From an uncultured Armatimonadia bacterium (GTDB taxonomy: Bacteria > Armatimonadota > Zipacnadia > CAVVLO01), in assembly GCA_963749155.1 (NCBI GenBank), contig CAVVLO010000002.1, positions 1,056,001 through 1,120,000 of the forward strand: a DNA stretch of 64,000 bases. The letters run 5' to 3'. The translations under genes were made by a program, and so were the position numbers. How positions within the stretch are numbered: position 1 is the first letter of the stretch; every line of letters starts with the position of its first letter. Shown here one piece after another: positions 28,881 through 40,660 of the stretch. The notes under the pieces are model-generated. The model was not told the origin of the DNA. It made no database searches and worked only from the letters and a program-made list of their open reading frames with translations.

Positions 28881-29261
28881 ATGCCTAGCCGCAAGATTGT
28901 TGCTCTTCTTCTCTCGATAGCGCTCGCGGCCCTGGTGCTCGCCGGTTGTGGTGGCGGCGGCGGTGGCGGCGGTGACGACCCAGGTGGAGACATTGCACTT
29001 GGCGGGGTGCTGACTGACAAGTATACCGGCGCTATCGTTTCGGGCGCCCTGGTAGAACTGTGGCAGACAGGTTCGGTACAGGGTTCGGACTTGTCCGACC
29101 TTAACGGCGAATACGCTGTACTCGACTTGCCTGATGGCACCTATACGGTGCGCGTAACCAAAGGCGGTTATGAGATTTATGAAGCCGGTGTAGTTTTACC
29201 GGATACGATGGATATCGAGTTAATCGGTTCTGGCCCACCTCCGCCGCCCGAGTTTCCGTAA
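28881..29261 (+). CDS. Small lipoprotein with one carboxypeptidase-regulatory-like domain
   Basis: GGAGG RBS; lipobox LAGC + G8; SDLNGEY...LPDGTYTVRVTKGGY; Pro-rich C-terminus. Confidence 0.8.
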   Translation: MPSRKIVALLLSIALAALVLAGCGGGGGGGGDDPGGDIALGGVLTDKYTGAIVSGALVELWQTGSVQGSDLSDLNGEYAVLDLPDGTYTVRVTKGGYEIYEAGVVLPDTMDIELIGSGPPPPPEFP

Positions 29262-29286
29262 CCTGCTTGCTAAGCAACTGAACCTG

Positions 29287-29324
29287 GAGCCCCCTCGGCG
29301 AGCTGTCGTGGGGGCTTCTTGTTT
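29287..29324 (+). terminator. Putative intrinsic terminator
   Basis: GAGCCCCC...GGGGGCTT followed by CTTGTTT. Confidence 0.55.
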
Positions 29325-29359
29325 GAAAAACCTCTCCCACAAGGAGGCGGGCCGGCCTC

Positions 29360-30052
29360 GTGACAGTTAGAGGCCTCAAACTGCTTTCACTTGTTTCCGC
29401 CCTGCTGCTTATCGGGGGCGCCTGGCTGTTTTGGGTAAGTTTCCACCAGGGCGCGCCTCAGCAGTCAACCGGAGAGCCCGGAGACGAATCTCCTCTGCAA
29501 CTCGAATTCAAGGGTACCTCTATCACCGGTTACGACGGCACTCGCAAGCTTTGGGAAGTTTCGGCTGATAAAGTCGAAGTGGCTCAGTCCAGTCCCATTA
29601 CGAGCGCCCAGGGCCACATAAAAGCCACTCTCTTCGATGAGAAAGGCAAGGCCTTCGCTTCTATCACCGCCGACTTTATCCGGCTGAACTCGGTCAGCAA
29701 GAACCTGGAAGTAGGGGGCGGTGTCATCGTTCGAACCAATACAGGACTTGCTGTCGCGACCGACCTGGCCAGGTGGATGCATTCTGAGCGAAAGCTGTAT
29801 TGCCCGAAGTCTGTTGTTGCGAATACTGCTACAATCAGAGTGACCGCGCCCAGGCTCACGCTGGACTCGGTCAAAGAACGAATTTCCTGTCCTGGCCCAG
29901 TAACCGCCTCTATGCCAGGGCTTCAGCTAACGGGTAAAGGCTTGTCGGCGGATTCTCGCTTGCAGCAGATGGATGTAAAAGGCCGGGCAACTGGCTGGCT
30001 CGAACTGGGCAGTTTTGGAAAGCGGGCTGCGCCCGCAAGAAGTGGGGTGTAA
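29360..30052 (+). CDS. lptC: LptC-like LPS export periplasmic protein
   Basis: One N-terminal TM helix, KLWEVSADK, then beta-jellyroll-like repeats; AAGGAGG RBS; directly upstream of an LptA-like gene. Confidence 0.6.
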   Translation: MTVRGLKLLSLVSALLLIGGAWLFWVSFHQGAPQQSTGEPGDESPLQLEFKGTSITGYDGTRKLWEVSADKVEVAQSSPITSAQGHIKATLFDEKGKAFASITADFIRLNSVSKNLEVGGGVIVRTNTGLAVATDLARWMHSERKLYCPKSVVANTATIRVTAPRLTLDSVKERISCPGPVTASMPGLQLTGKGLSADSRLQQMDVKGRATGWLELGSFGKRAAPARSGV

Positions 30053-30055
30053 CTG

Positions 30056-30877
30056 GTGAACAGAACCAAGAAAACCTCTTGCAGACTAGTACTCGCACTG
30101 CTGGCACTTGCGACCTGGGCACTGGCCCAACAGCCAGCTACCCAACCAGCAAGCGAAGCCGCTGTGCCCAAAACTCATCGGATCGAACTTAGTGGTGATG
30201 GCTTTCATTATGACGATGTCAAAGGCCTGCTTATCATCACAGGCAATGTGCTTATCGAAGACAAAGCTGAGCAGGTTGTGTTGAAGGCCGACAAAGTCGA
30301 ATATGACCGCAAGAGCGACAAAGCGGTCGCAACGGGCAATCTGCTGTTCACCACACCCGAGTCACACGGCACAGGTCTCACCGCTCAGGTGGATTTCAAA
30401 CAGCGCAAACTGGCGCTGGTGGACAAATGTGACCTGACTATCAAGCCTGACCTCAAGCCCCGCGCGGACGAGTCAGAAGAACAGCGCAAAGAACGTGAGA
30501 AGTTCAGCCAGGATGTGCAACTGCTGTGCGACCGGATAGATTATGATTACAAGACCCAGGTAGCGGATGCGACTGGCAACTTCAGGCTCGTGCAGGGCAA
30601 GCGCACCGGGACAGCCACTCGCGGGATATATAACAGAAAGCAGGACGAGATAAAGCTGGAGGGCGAGGTCAAGCTCACCGATGAGAAAGGCCAGATGATC
30701 GAGGCGCCAAGCCTTGTGGTTAATCCTACCGAGCAATGGCTCAAGGCTGAGCAGCGCTTCAAGATGACCATCTTTGTCGAAGAAGAAGAAGAGGAGACAA
30801 CCGAGCCGCCTGCTCCAACCGAGCCAACTCCTGCCGCGCCTCCCGAGGGTAGCAGTGAGCCCCCGGCCGGCAGCTAG
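30056..30877 (+). CDS. lptA: LptA/OstA-family periplasmic protein
   Basis: Signal peptide; repeated ITGNV / KADKVEYD..AVATGN / CDRIDYD..ATGNF OstA-like motifs; acidic, Pro-rich tail. Confidence 0.65.
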   Translation: MNRTKKTSCRLVLALLALATWALAQQPATQPASEAAVPKTHRIELSGDGFHYDDVKGLLIITGNVLIEDKAEQVVLKADKVEYDRKSDKAVATGNLLFTTPESHGTGLTAQVDFKQRKLALVDKCDLTIKPDLKPRADESEEQRKEREKFSQDVQLLCDRIDYDYKTQVADATGNFRLVQGKRTGTATRGIYNRKQDEIKLEGEVKLTDEKGQMIEAPSLVVNPTEQWLKAEQRFKMTIFVEEEEEETTEPPAPTEPTPAAPPEGSSEPPAGS

Positions 30878-30938
30878 TCGAGCCTCTGGCAACCAACTCC
30901 AACCAGGCGCCAGTCGGCGTCTGACTTTGATGTGCGCA

Positions 30939-33838
30939 ATGGAAGACTCCAGAAACAAGCTGGTCATCAAAGGCGCCAGCGAACACAACCTGAAGCATGT
31001 GAACCTCGAGCTGCCCAAAGGCAGGCTCGTTGTCTTTACGGGGGTCTCGGGTTCAGGCAAGACGTCGCTGGCCTTCGACACTCTCTATAAAGAGGGGCAG
31101 CGCCGTTATCTGGAAGCGCTCTCCAGTTATGCGCGCCAGTTTATAGGCGGCCTTACGAAGCCCAAACTGGAATATCTCGGCGGGGTTTCACCGGCCATCT
31201 CCATCGAGCAGAAGACCGCCGGGCGCAACCCCCGGTCGACCGTTGCGACGATGACGGAGACCTATGACTATCTGCGCGTCCTCTGGGCCAACTGCGCGAC
31301 AGCCCACTGCCCCCAATGTGGTCACGAGTTGGGCGCCCAGTCGGTAGACGAGATAGTCGCCTCGGTGCGCAAATGGCTTGATGCAGAGAAGCGCTTCCTG
31401 GTGCTGGCGCCAGTTGCGAAACAAAGACGCGGCCAGTACAAAGAATTATTCCAGGACGCCATCAAGCGCGGATTCATGCGCGCGCGCATAAATGGCGAGG
31501 TGCTGGCGCTTTCCGAGGATATCGAACTGGACCGGTATTCCAGGCATGATATCGAACTGGTGATCGATCGTCTGGTTAACCGAGAAGACCAGGAAGGGCG
31601 CCTGGCTCACTCAATCGAGATAGCCTTCGAGAACTCTCCAGACAAAGTTATATTCATTGCTCCTGAAGAGGAAGCCGATCTGGTTTTCTCTCAGAGTTAT
31701 GCCTGCCCGATTTGCGATTTGTCTTTCGAGCGGCTGACTCCTCAGAGTTTCTCCTTCAACCATCCCTCGGGCTGGTGCCCTGTTTGCGAGGGGCTTGGCA
31801 CCCGCTGGGAGGTAGACCTTGATCTGCTAATTGATCGCAGCAAGTCACTTGCCGAGGGCGCGGTCAGTTGGTGGGGCAAAGTTGGCCCGCGGCACGGCAA
31901 GCTGGCGCCCCTAATCGAGGCACTCAAACTCAACCTGAATCAACCCTATAGAGAACTCGATGAGGCAGTGCGCCGGCTGCTGGAACTGGGTACCGACGGT
32001 TCGGATTTCCCACTGGAAGCCTTGAGGCCGAAGCAGCGCCAGGGGCTCGAGGGATTTCGCGGTGTGGTGTATGAGGTACGCAAAGCGGCTTTCCAGAACC
32101 AGGACGAGGAGCTAAAAGAAGAAGCCGAAAGCTATTTCCGCGAGCTGCCCTGCCCTGCCTGCAAAGGTCAGCGGCTGAGGCCCGAGTCGCGCTCTTCGAC
32201 GCTTTCTGGAGTGAGTCTTCCAGAGTTTGTTGCGCTGACCCTTGAACAGGCCTCGGCGAGGCTTGAACGCGCTGGAGTTTCGCGATTCGCAGCGGTTGGT
32301 CGCTGATCCGCTGGTGCGCGAGATAGCCTACAGGTTGAGGTTTCTTCTTGATGTAGGCCTGAACTACCTCACGCTGGACCGCACTGGGCCGACCCTTTCA
32401 GGAGGAGAAGCCCAGCGCGTACGGCTGGCGGGTCAACTTGGCGCGGGGTTGACCGAGGTGCTCTACGTGCTGGACGAGCCAACTATCGGCCTGCATCAGC
32501 GCGACAATGCGCGCCTGGTAGGCACTCTGCGCAGGCTGCGCGACCTTGGCAACACGGTTTTGGTAGTCGAGCATGACAAGCAGACCATCGAGGCGGCAGA
32601 TTTTGTAGTCGATTTTGGCCCTGGGCCTGGTGTCCATGGCGGCACTGTTGTCTACTCGGGCGACTTGCCCGGTTTGCTTAAGGCCGAAGGCTCTCTGACA
32701 GGCGATTATCTGGCTGGGCGCAGGCAGATAGAAGTGCCCAGGCAGCGCACCGAAACCAATGGCGCCTGGCTGAAGGTAAAAGGGGCTCGTAAACATAATC
32801 TGCACGACCTGACAGTCAAGTTTCCAGTTGGACTACTTGACGGTGGTGACAGGCGTCTCGGGCTCCGGCAAGAGTTCTCTGGTCAACTATACGCTGCTGC
32901 CCGCGCTTCGGGCGGTGCTGCATGGCAACCGAGTGCCCGGCTGGGTCGAATGCAAAGGGCTGGAGGGCGCCGAGAGCTTTGACAAAGTTATCGAGATATC
33001 GCAATCTCCCATAGGTCGCACTCCCAGGTCCAACCCGGCAACTTATGTCAAAGTGTTCGACCATATCAGGCAGCTCTTCTCCCAGCTGCCCCTGGCCAGG
33101 CAACGCGGTTACAAGCCTGGCAGGTTCAGTTTCAATGTGAAGGGCGGGCGGTGCGAGGCTTGCGGGGGCCAGGGTGAACTCAAGCTCGAGATGCGCTTTG
33201 TGCCTGAGGTGTGGGTCGAGTGCGATGTCTGCCATGGCAGTCGCTTTATGCCCGAGACGCTTGAGGTGCGTTACAAGGGCAAGAGCATTGCCGACGTGCT
33301 GGAGATGACCATCGAAGAAGCCTTCGAGCACTTCGAGAACCTGCCCCAAATCAACCGGCGGCTGGCTACACTGATGGAAGTGGGACTCGGCTATATGCGA
33401 CTGGGCCAACCCTCTCCAACCCTGTCCGGCGGCGAAGCACAACGGGTGAAGCTGGCGCGCGAACTGGCGAAGCTCTCTCACGGTCGCACCCTTTATATGC
33501 TGGATGAGCCGACGACAGGCCTGCATTTTGCTGATGTGCACCAGTTGCTGGAAGTGTTGCTTAGACTTAGAGACAGGGGCAATACGGTTATCGTAATAGA
33601 GCATAATCCCGAAGTGATGAAGGTCGCCGACTGGCTGGTCGATCTTGGCCCCGAAGCCGGCGAGGGAGGCGGCAGGCTGGTCGCCGAAGGCACCCCGGAA
33701 GATGTCTGCGCTTGCCTTGAATCCTTGACTGGGCAAGTCTTGTGCGAAGAACTGGGGATGAAAGCTCCCAGCCAAATCGAAAAAGGGCGGCAAGCGCAAA
33801 CGCGATGCAGGCTAAGTTCACTCCAAGTGAGACTATAG
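30939..33838 (+). CDS. uvrA: Excinuclease ABC subunit UvrA, unit 1 (+1 frameshifts near 32262 and 32833; the 3' end or fusion to unit 2 is uncertain)
   Basis: GASEHNLK, Walker [15 protein letters not shown], Zn fingers, [12 protein letters not shown]; second Walker [35 protein letters not shown]. Confidence 0.9.
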
Positions 33839-36583
33839 AGATCCACGGCGCGCGTCAGCATAATCTGAAGCATGTCAGCGTAAGCCTGCCCAAGCATCAG
33901 TTGCTTGTAATGTGCGGCCTGTCGGGTTCGGGCAAGAGCAGTTTCGCCTTCGACACCTTGTACGCGGAAGGCCAGCGGCGTTATGTAGAGTCGCTTTCCT
34001 CCTATGTCAGACAGTTTCTTGAGCAGGTCCCGAAGCCCGATGTAGATTCCATCGAAGGCCTGCCGCCTGCGGTTGCCGTTCAACAGAAATCGCCAGGGCA
34101 CAACCCGCGTTCGACTGTGGGCACGCTGACCGAGATCCACGATTATCTGCGCCTGCTCTATGCGCGCGTTGGCATGCCTCATTGTCCAGAGTGTGGCAAG
34201 CCTGTAGGCGCCCAAAGCATCCCCGAGATGGTCGAACAGGTGATGGCGCTGCCGGAGGGCACGCGGCTTCTGGTGCTGGCGCCGCTTCACTATCAGCTCA
34301 AGGGAACAGACCTTGAGCGCGCTATGAAGCAGGCCCAGCGAGAGGGCTTCGTCAGGGCCCGGCTGGATGGCGAAGAGGTCGAACTGACCGAGGCACTGGA
34401 ACTGGACTTGCGTCGCCGGCGCCAGGTCGAGATAACCGTTGACCGCCTGGTGGTGAAATCCGAGGCGCGAGCCCGGCTTGCAGATTCGTTGGAGCTTGCC
34501 TTGAGGCTCGCTCAAGGCGTCGCTGCTGTCGTTACTACCGAGGGCAAGGAGCTGCTCTTTTCCGAAGCCTTCGCCTGTGTGGAATGTGGCCTGGCTTTCA
34601 AGCAACTGGAACCAGAAAATTTCTCACCGAACAGCCCTGCGGGGATGTGCGAGGCTTGCAACGGGCTTGGCTTCGCCTGGAGCCTCGATCCTGGCAAGGT
34701 CATCCCGGATAAGCGGCTCTCGCTGGCCAAAGGCGCTGTGGTGGCGCTTGGTGACATCGCCAAAAAGCATCCAGACTGGCTTGACTGGCTTGAAAAGAGC
34801 GCGCTTGCGCTTGGATTCGACCGCAACACGCCTCTTGAAAAAGTGCCCCCTGAGGCGCTGCAAGAATTTCTCTACAACAAAGATGGCCTGATGACCGAAC
34901 TCGACCACGCCTCCAGGCATGGTAGTCCGGGCTTCAGGCGATTTCTGGGGCGGTTTGTTTCCAACCTGCCGTGTAGAGTCTGCAAGGGCGCCAAGCTGCG
35001 GACCGAGGCCATCGCGGTAACCGTTAACGGGCTCAACCTGCCCAGCTTGCAGGCGCTGACGCTGGCGGAAGCCGCAACTTTTCTCTCTGACCTCAAGTTG
35101 ACCTCCAGGCAGCAGCATATCGTGGAGGATGCCCTCGCGGAAGCCAGATCGCGGCTGACCTTCCTGCTGCAGGTCGGAGTCGGTTATCTGTCACTGGACC
35201 GAGGCGCGCCGACGCTGTCGGGCGGAGAATATCAGCGCATCAACCTGGCAAGTCAGCTTGGCTCAGGCCTCACGGGTGTACTCTACGTGCTGGACGAGCC
35301 CAGCATTGGTCTCCACCCGCGTGATACTCACCGACTGTTGGAGGCACTCATTGGGCTGCGAGACCTCGGCAACTCGGTCGTCGTGATCGAGCATGACCGC
35401 GACGTTATCGCCGCAGCCGACAGGTTGTATGAATTTGGCCCCGGGCCAGGGGAGCAGGGCGGCAGCATTGTGACCGAGGGCACCCCTGCCGAATTGGCTG
35501 CCGATGCTGACTCGCTAACCGGCAAGTATCTGTCCGGCCAGCTCACTATCGAAGGCGCGCGCGAGCGGTTGCCACTGCCCGGACGGCAAGTGGCTCGAAT
35601 TTACGGGCATAACTCATCGCAATCTCAAAGCTATTGATATAGCCATCCCGCCTGGGCGCCTGATGTGTGTGACAGGAGTCTCAGGCTCGGGCAAAAGCTC
35701 CCTCGTGCAGGAAGTCGTCTTTCCCGCCCTGGCCAACCTGCTGCTTGGTCGGCCTCGCTATGAGGTCGGTTCCTATAAAGAAATGAATCACGCCAGCCTT
35801 TTCGACCGCGTGTTAAGCGTCGACCAGGCGGGTATTGGCAGTTCTCCGCGCAGCAACGCGGCTGTCTATGTGGGAGCCTTCAGCCACATCCGGGACCTGT
35901 TTTCGCGTCTGCCCTTCTCGCGCCAGCGCGGCTGGAAGCCTGGCCGATTCTCCTTCAACGCGCCCGGCGGCCGCTGTGAGTCCTGTCAGGGGCTGGGAGT
36001 GAAGCTCGTCGAGATGCACTTCCTGGCCGATGTCTGGGTGCCTTGCGAGGTCTGCCAGGGCAAGCGCTACAACCAGGAGACTCTCCGCGCCCGTTACAAC
36101 GGAAAAAATATTTACGAAATCCTGGAGCTGACCGTGGACGAGGGGATGGAGTTCTTCTCCGAGCTGCGTGCCATCACAAACGCGCTAAGTTTTCTGCAGC
36201 AAGTAGGACTTGGCTATCTCAGGCTGGGCCAGCCTGGAAATACCCTCTCAGGCGGCGAGGCCCAAAGGGTAAAGCTTGCCCTGGAGCTTTCCAAACCTGC
36301 CACTGGTCGCACTCTCTACCTGCTGGACGAGCCCACCACCGGGCTGCATTTCGAAGACGTGCGAGTGTTGCTCGTGGCACTGGACAAACTGGTCAGTGCA
36401 GGGAACACTGTTGTCGTGATTGAACATAATCTGGATTTCATCAAAGCTGCTGACTTCCTTGTAGACCTGGGTCCAGAGGGTGGCGAAGGAGGCGGCCAGG
36501 TGGTCGCGCGAGGCACACCAGAGGAGATCGCTCAGACTGCTGGCTCCCATACAGGCGACTGGCTTGCGGGGCGGGCCAGATGA
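33805..36583 (+). CDS. uvrA: Excinuclease ABC subunit UvrA, unit 2 (+1 frameshift near 35581)
   Basis: [39 protein letters not shown]; then [39 protein letters not shown]. Confidence 0.9.
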
Positions 36584-37143
36584 GTGAGATACGTTTCGAT
36601 TTTAGTTATAACTGGAGCGACCACAAGTTGCTGGAAAAATGGCTGGCTGAAAGTGTGCCAGCAGGCGGCGTGGTCTTCGAGATAGCCAGCGGCCCCAATA
36701 TCTGCACGCCCTGGACCCTGGCCCGGCTTGGCAGAGGCGCGCGTTATATCGCGATAGAACTAGACTGGGAGCATCTGTTACTGCAGCGCGCCAGCCTCAA
36801 TGGAGAGCCGCAGCTTTTAGTGCTCGGTGATGGCTGCAAGCTGCCCCTTGCGGATGAATCAACCGACGTTGCGGTCTTCCATCATGCGCTAGACGATGTA
36901 TTCGAGACTCGCGGAAAACCTGGGGTACGCCAGGCAGTCACTGAGGCTGCAAGGGCGCTGAGGCCCGGCGGTTATGTGATTTTTTCTCATTGCGAATTAG
37001 TCGGAGATGAAGCAACCTTCGGCATAGATTTGGACTTCGCGATGCAAGTGGGGACCGATTGTGGTTTGGTGGAGGTTCGCCGCGAGTCCGCTGCTGCCCA
37101 GGATTGGTTGCTCGTGCGTAAACCTGAGGAGGTAGTCTCTTGA
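36580..37143 (+). CDS. Class I SAM-dependent methyltransferase
   Basis: VFEIASG, YIAIE, GDGCKLPLADESTD, RALRPGG; ATGA overlap with uvrA. Confidence 0.75.
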   Translation: MSEIRFDFSYNWSDHKLLEKWLAESVPAGGVVFEIASGPNICTPWTLARLGRGARYIAIELDWEHLLLQRASLNGEPQLLVLGDGCKLPLADESTDVAVFHHALDDVFETRGKPGVRQAVTEAARALRPGGYVIFSHCELVGDEATFGIDLDFAMQVGTDCGLVEVRRESAAAQDWLLVRKPEEVVS

Positions 37144-38188
37144 TCAAGCCCAGCAAGATGCTCTCTGAGATTCACCAGCAACCTGAAGTGCTGCAGGCGA
37201 TGCTCGATCAAGGCGCTCCTGAGGTCGAAGCCGCCGCGCGGCTCATCAAAGACCGCAGGCCGGCCTTTCTGGTTATGGATGCGCGAGGCACTTCCTACAA
37301 TGCCGCTCTCTACGGGAAGTATCTTTTTGAGGCTTTCGCTGGTACTGCCGGTCTGCTTTACAGCGCCTTCGCTGACGACTCTATATGGGGCGAAGGTGGA
37401 CTATTCCCGGGCAGTGATGATTGGCGTCTCCCAGTCAGGGCGCGAGTGAAGATCTCCTCGCCGCGATGGAGTCCGCCAAAGCTACTGGCGCGGGCACGAT
37501 TGCTCTTTGCAACACGGCCGGTTCAGCCTTGACGAAGCTTGCAGACGTGCAGCTAATAACTCCGGCAGGCAAAGAGCAGGCCGTTGCAGCGACCAAGAGC
37601 TTCACCTCGCAGCTTATGGGCCTGGCGCTCATCGCCGCCGAGGTTAGTGGTTCCAAGAAACTGAAAAACGCCCTGGCCAAAATACCGGCACTTGTCGAAG
37701 GAGCGCTTTCCCTCGAAGCCCAGGTGCTGGAACAGAGCCAGCGTTATACCGCGACCACCAGTTGCGCGATGCTCGGACGCGGTTTCAACCTTGCTACCGC
37801 ATATGAGGCGGCACTCAAGTTGACCGAGTGCGCTTACATCGCAGCTCAAGGCTTCTCGCTGGCCATATTCGAACACGGTCCCAAAGCGCTGGCAGCCGAC
37901 GGCTTCCCGCTGTTTGTCTACGCGGCCAAGGGAGCGGCCTACGAGCAGGCGGGTGAGGCTATCGCTGCCTATAAACAGCAGGGCGCCGATGTGATGGTCA
38001 TCGCCAACTGCCAGCGACTCGTGCGCAAGGGTACCCTTGGTCTGCGAGTGCCTGGCGAGTTCGATGAGGCGGTTTCGCCAATTGTGTTTACCCCTGTTGG
38101 TCAGCTTTTCGCCTATGGGATCGCAACCGCGAAGGGCTATCAGCCGGACGCGCCGCGACTCTTGAACAAGGTCACAAGCACCAGATAA
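37140..38188 (+). CDS. SIS-domain phosphosugar isomerase/deaminase (GlmS C-terminal-like; +1 frameshifts near 37343 and 37439)
   Basis: MLSEI.QQP, ARGTS.NAA; the intermediate frame reads APSLTTLYG..IGVSQSG; then AVAATKSF, E.ALKL.E, FEHGP, PD.PR.LNKVT. Confidence 0.85.
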
Positions 38189-38206
38189 TTGGAGGCGGCA
38201 GTCACT

Positions 38207-39335
38207 GTGGACTGGCATATAAACGAACAGCGCGTGATTGAAAGCTTCCTCGAGTATGTCCAGATTGACTCGGAGACCAAACACGAGGGGCAATTCGGCG
38301 CTTATATGGCAGGCGCGCTGAACGAGCTTGGCCTGGAGGTGCGCACTGACCAGGCCCATGAGGCTTTCGGGGGCGAATACGGCAATCTTATCGCCTTCCT
38401 CCCAGGCACTTGCGAGGGTAAAAGGGTGCTTCTTTCGGCCCATCTGGACACCGTCGCACCCGGTTGCGGCATCAAGCCGAAGCTCGAGGAGGGCGTAATC
38501 ACCACCGACGGTACAACAGTCCTCGGCGCTGACTGCAAGGCGGGTATCGCGGCCATCCTCAGAGGCGCTGCGAGTGGTGAAAGAACAGGGCTTGCCGCAT
38601 CCTGATGTGCAGCTTATTCTCTCCACAGGAGAAGAATCGGGCCTGTTGGGCGCGAGGCATCTCGATCCGGCCGAACTGGCCAGTGAGGTCGGATTTGTGC
38701 TGGATATGTCGGGTGACGTGGGCAACGTGGTCAACGAGGCGGTGCGGCACGACCGTATCTACTTTGACTTCTACGGGAAGGCCGCTCACGCGGGCGTCTG
38801 CCCCGAGCAGGGCATCAGCGCCATCGAGGCTGCAAGCCGCGCCATCACCAAGATGAAACTCGGTCGGATAGATGAAGAGACTGTCGCCAATATCGGCACC
38901 ATCCAGGGCGGCGTGGCTACCAACATCGTACCGGAGCAGGTCCATGTCGCCGGCGAGGCGCGCAGCCACGATGATGCCAAGTGCCTCGCCCAGCTGGAGC
39001 ATATGAAGCAATGCGCCGAGGAGGCCGCCGCCGAAGTCGGTGCCACGGTCGAGGTGCGCCTCGAGTTCGAATATAACCATTATCTTGTGCCCGAGGATTC
39101 CACCGCGATGAGCCTGGTGCGCGCCGCTTGCGAGGCCACAGGCATCGAATGTAAAGTGCAGCGCGGCGGAGGCGGCAGCGACGCCAATATCTACAACGCC
39201 ACCGGGGTGCCCTCTGTCGTTCTTGCCTGCGGGATGCAGGAGATGCATACCAAACAGGAGTACCTCACCACCCGCGAGCTGGTCCGTGCCGCGGAGTTGG
39301 TTGTGAATCTTGTTCTCGCCGCTTGCAAAGCTTAA
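38207..39335 (+). CDS. M20/M25/M40-family peptidase (PepT-like; +1 frameshift near 38562)
   Basis: IDSET..E, AHLDTV, GADCKAG, GEESGL.G, G.AAHAG..PE.G, GGSDAN, MHT..E. Confidence 0.88.
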
Positions 39336-39357
39336 CCGGTGGCCAGGAGGAACTGAA

Positions 39358-40635
39358 ATGAAAGTTGAGTTGCTTTACGGGAGAGGCCATATCGAGGTTG
39401 AGCTGCCCGACGATAATCTGGTGCAGGTGCTGAACAAGCCCTACCTGCCGCCTCTTGCCGATAGCGGTGCCGCGATGGAAGAGGGCCTGACCCATCCCAT
39501 CGGCGCGCAGCCCCTTTCCAAGATCGCCCAGGGCAAGCGCAATGCCGTGGTTACCATCTCCGATATCACCCGGCCCGTGCCCAACAAAGTAATAGTGCCG
39601 CCAATACTGCGGACGCTGGAAGCCGCCGGTATACCTCGCGACCAGATTACAATCCTCGTCGCGACTGGTATCCACAGGCCTGCGACCGACGCCGAGTTGC
39701 TCGAGATGCTGGGCGAAGACATCGTGGCGAATTATCGCATCATCTCGCACGATGCCCGCAAAGAAGACGAGCAGGTTTATGTCGGCGACACCGAGCGCGG
39801 TACGCCCATCTGGATTGACCGGCTCTACATCGAGGCCGACCTTAAGGTCGTCACAGGGCTCATCGAACCGCACTTTATGGCGGGCTTCTCCGGCGGGCGC
39901 AAGGGTATCTGTCCTGGTCTTGTGGGCATCCCTACCGTTGCGCGCCAGCACGGGCCTGTCTATCTGGAAGATCCCAAAGCCGCAAGCGGCAGCCTGGAGG
40001 GCAATCCCTTCCACGAAGAAGCTACCGAGGTCGCTCTGGGCGCCGGCTGCGATTTCCTGGTCAATGCCGTCATTAACGAGAAGCGCGAGGTCGTCGGGCT
40101 CTTCTGCGGTGACCTTATCGAAGCCCACAAAGCCGGCGTTGAACTGTGTAAGCAGATCGTACGCGTTGAGGTCGAGGAGCCGGTCGATATTGTCGTGACC
40201 TCGGCAGCAGGCTATCCACTGGATTCCAACTATTATCAGACTGTGAAAGGGATGGTCGAAGCCTCCCGCCTGCTGAAGCCTGGAGGAATCCTCGTCGTAG
40301 CCTCCAAGTGCACCGATGGGCTGGGCAGTGAGGAGTTCCAGTCCGAGCTTGGCAAGGCGTCCTGCCTGAAGAGCTATGTGGAATCACTGTGCGAGCCAGG
40401 CTATTTCGTCGTAGACCAGTGGGAAGTCGAGATGCTCGCCAAGGCCCTGAACAGCGCCGAGGCTTACATCTACACCGAAGGTCTCTGCCAGGACGACTGC
40501 ACGCTAGGGCATATCCAACTTGTATCCAGCGTGGAAGAAGGCGTCGCGAAGGCAATTGCGAAACTCGGCGCCAAGGCGAAACTGATCGCTATCCCTGAAG
40601 GCCCCTACGTGATGGGAGTTCTGAGAAGCAAGTAG
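39358..40635 (+). CDS. larA: Nickel-pincer-dependent lactate racemase family protein (LarA homolog)
   Basis: [40 protein letters not shown]. Confidence 0.88.
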   Translation: MKVELLYGRGHIEVELPDDNLVQVLNKPYLPPLADSGAAMEEGLTHPIGAQPLSKIAQGKRNAVVTISDITRPVPNKVIVPPILRTLEAAGIPRDQITILVATGIHRPATDAELLEMLGEDIVANYRIISHDARKEDEQVYVGDTERGTPIWIDRLYIEADLKVVTGLIEPHFMAGFSGGRKGICPGLVGIPTVARQHGPVYLEDPKAASGSLEGNPFHEEATEVALGAGCDFLVNAVINEKREVVGLFCGDLIEAHKAGVELCKQIVRVEVEEPVDIVVTSAAGYPLDSNYYQTVKGMVEASRLLKPGGILVVASKCTDGLGSEEFQSELGKASCLKSYVESLCEPGYFVVDQWEVEMLAKALNSAEAYIYTEGLCQDDCTLGHIQLVSSVEEGVAKAIAKLGAKAKLIAIPEGPYVMGVLRSK

Positions 40636-40660
40636 AACTCGCTCACCCTTACTGGCAGTT

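Noticed and set aside
30878..30938. SOS/LexA box upstream of uvrA
   Set aside because: No GAAC-N4-GTTC or CTGT-N8-ACAG palindrome is visible.
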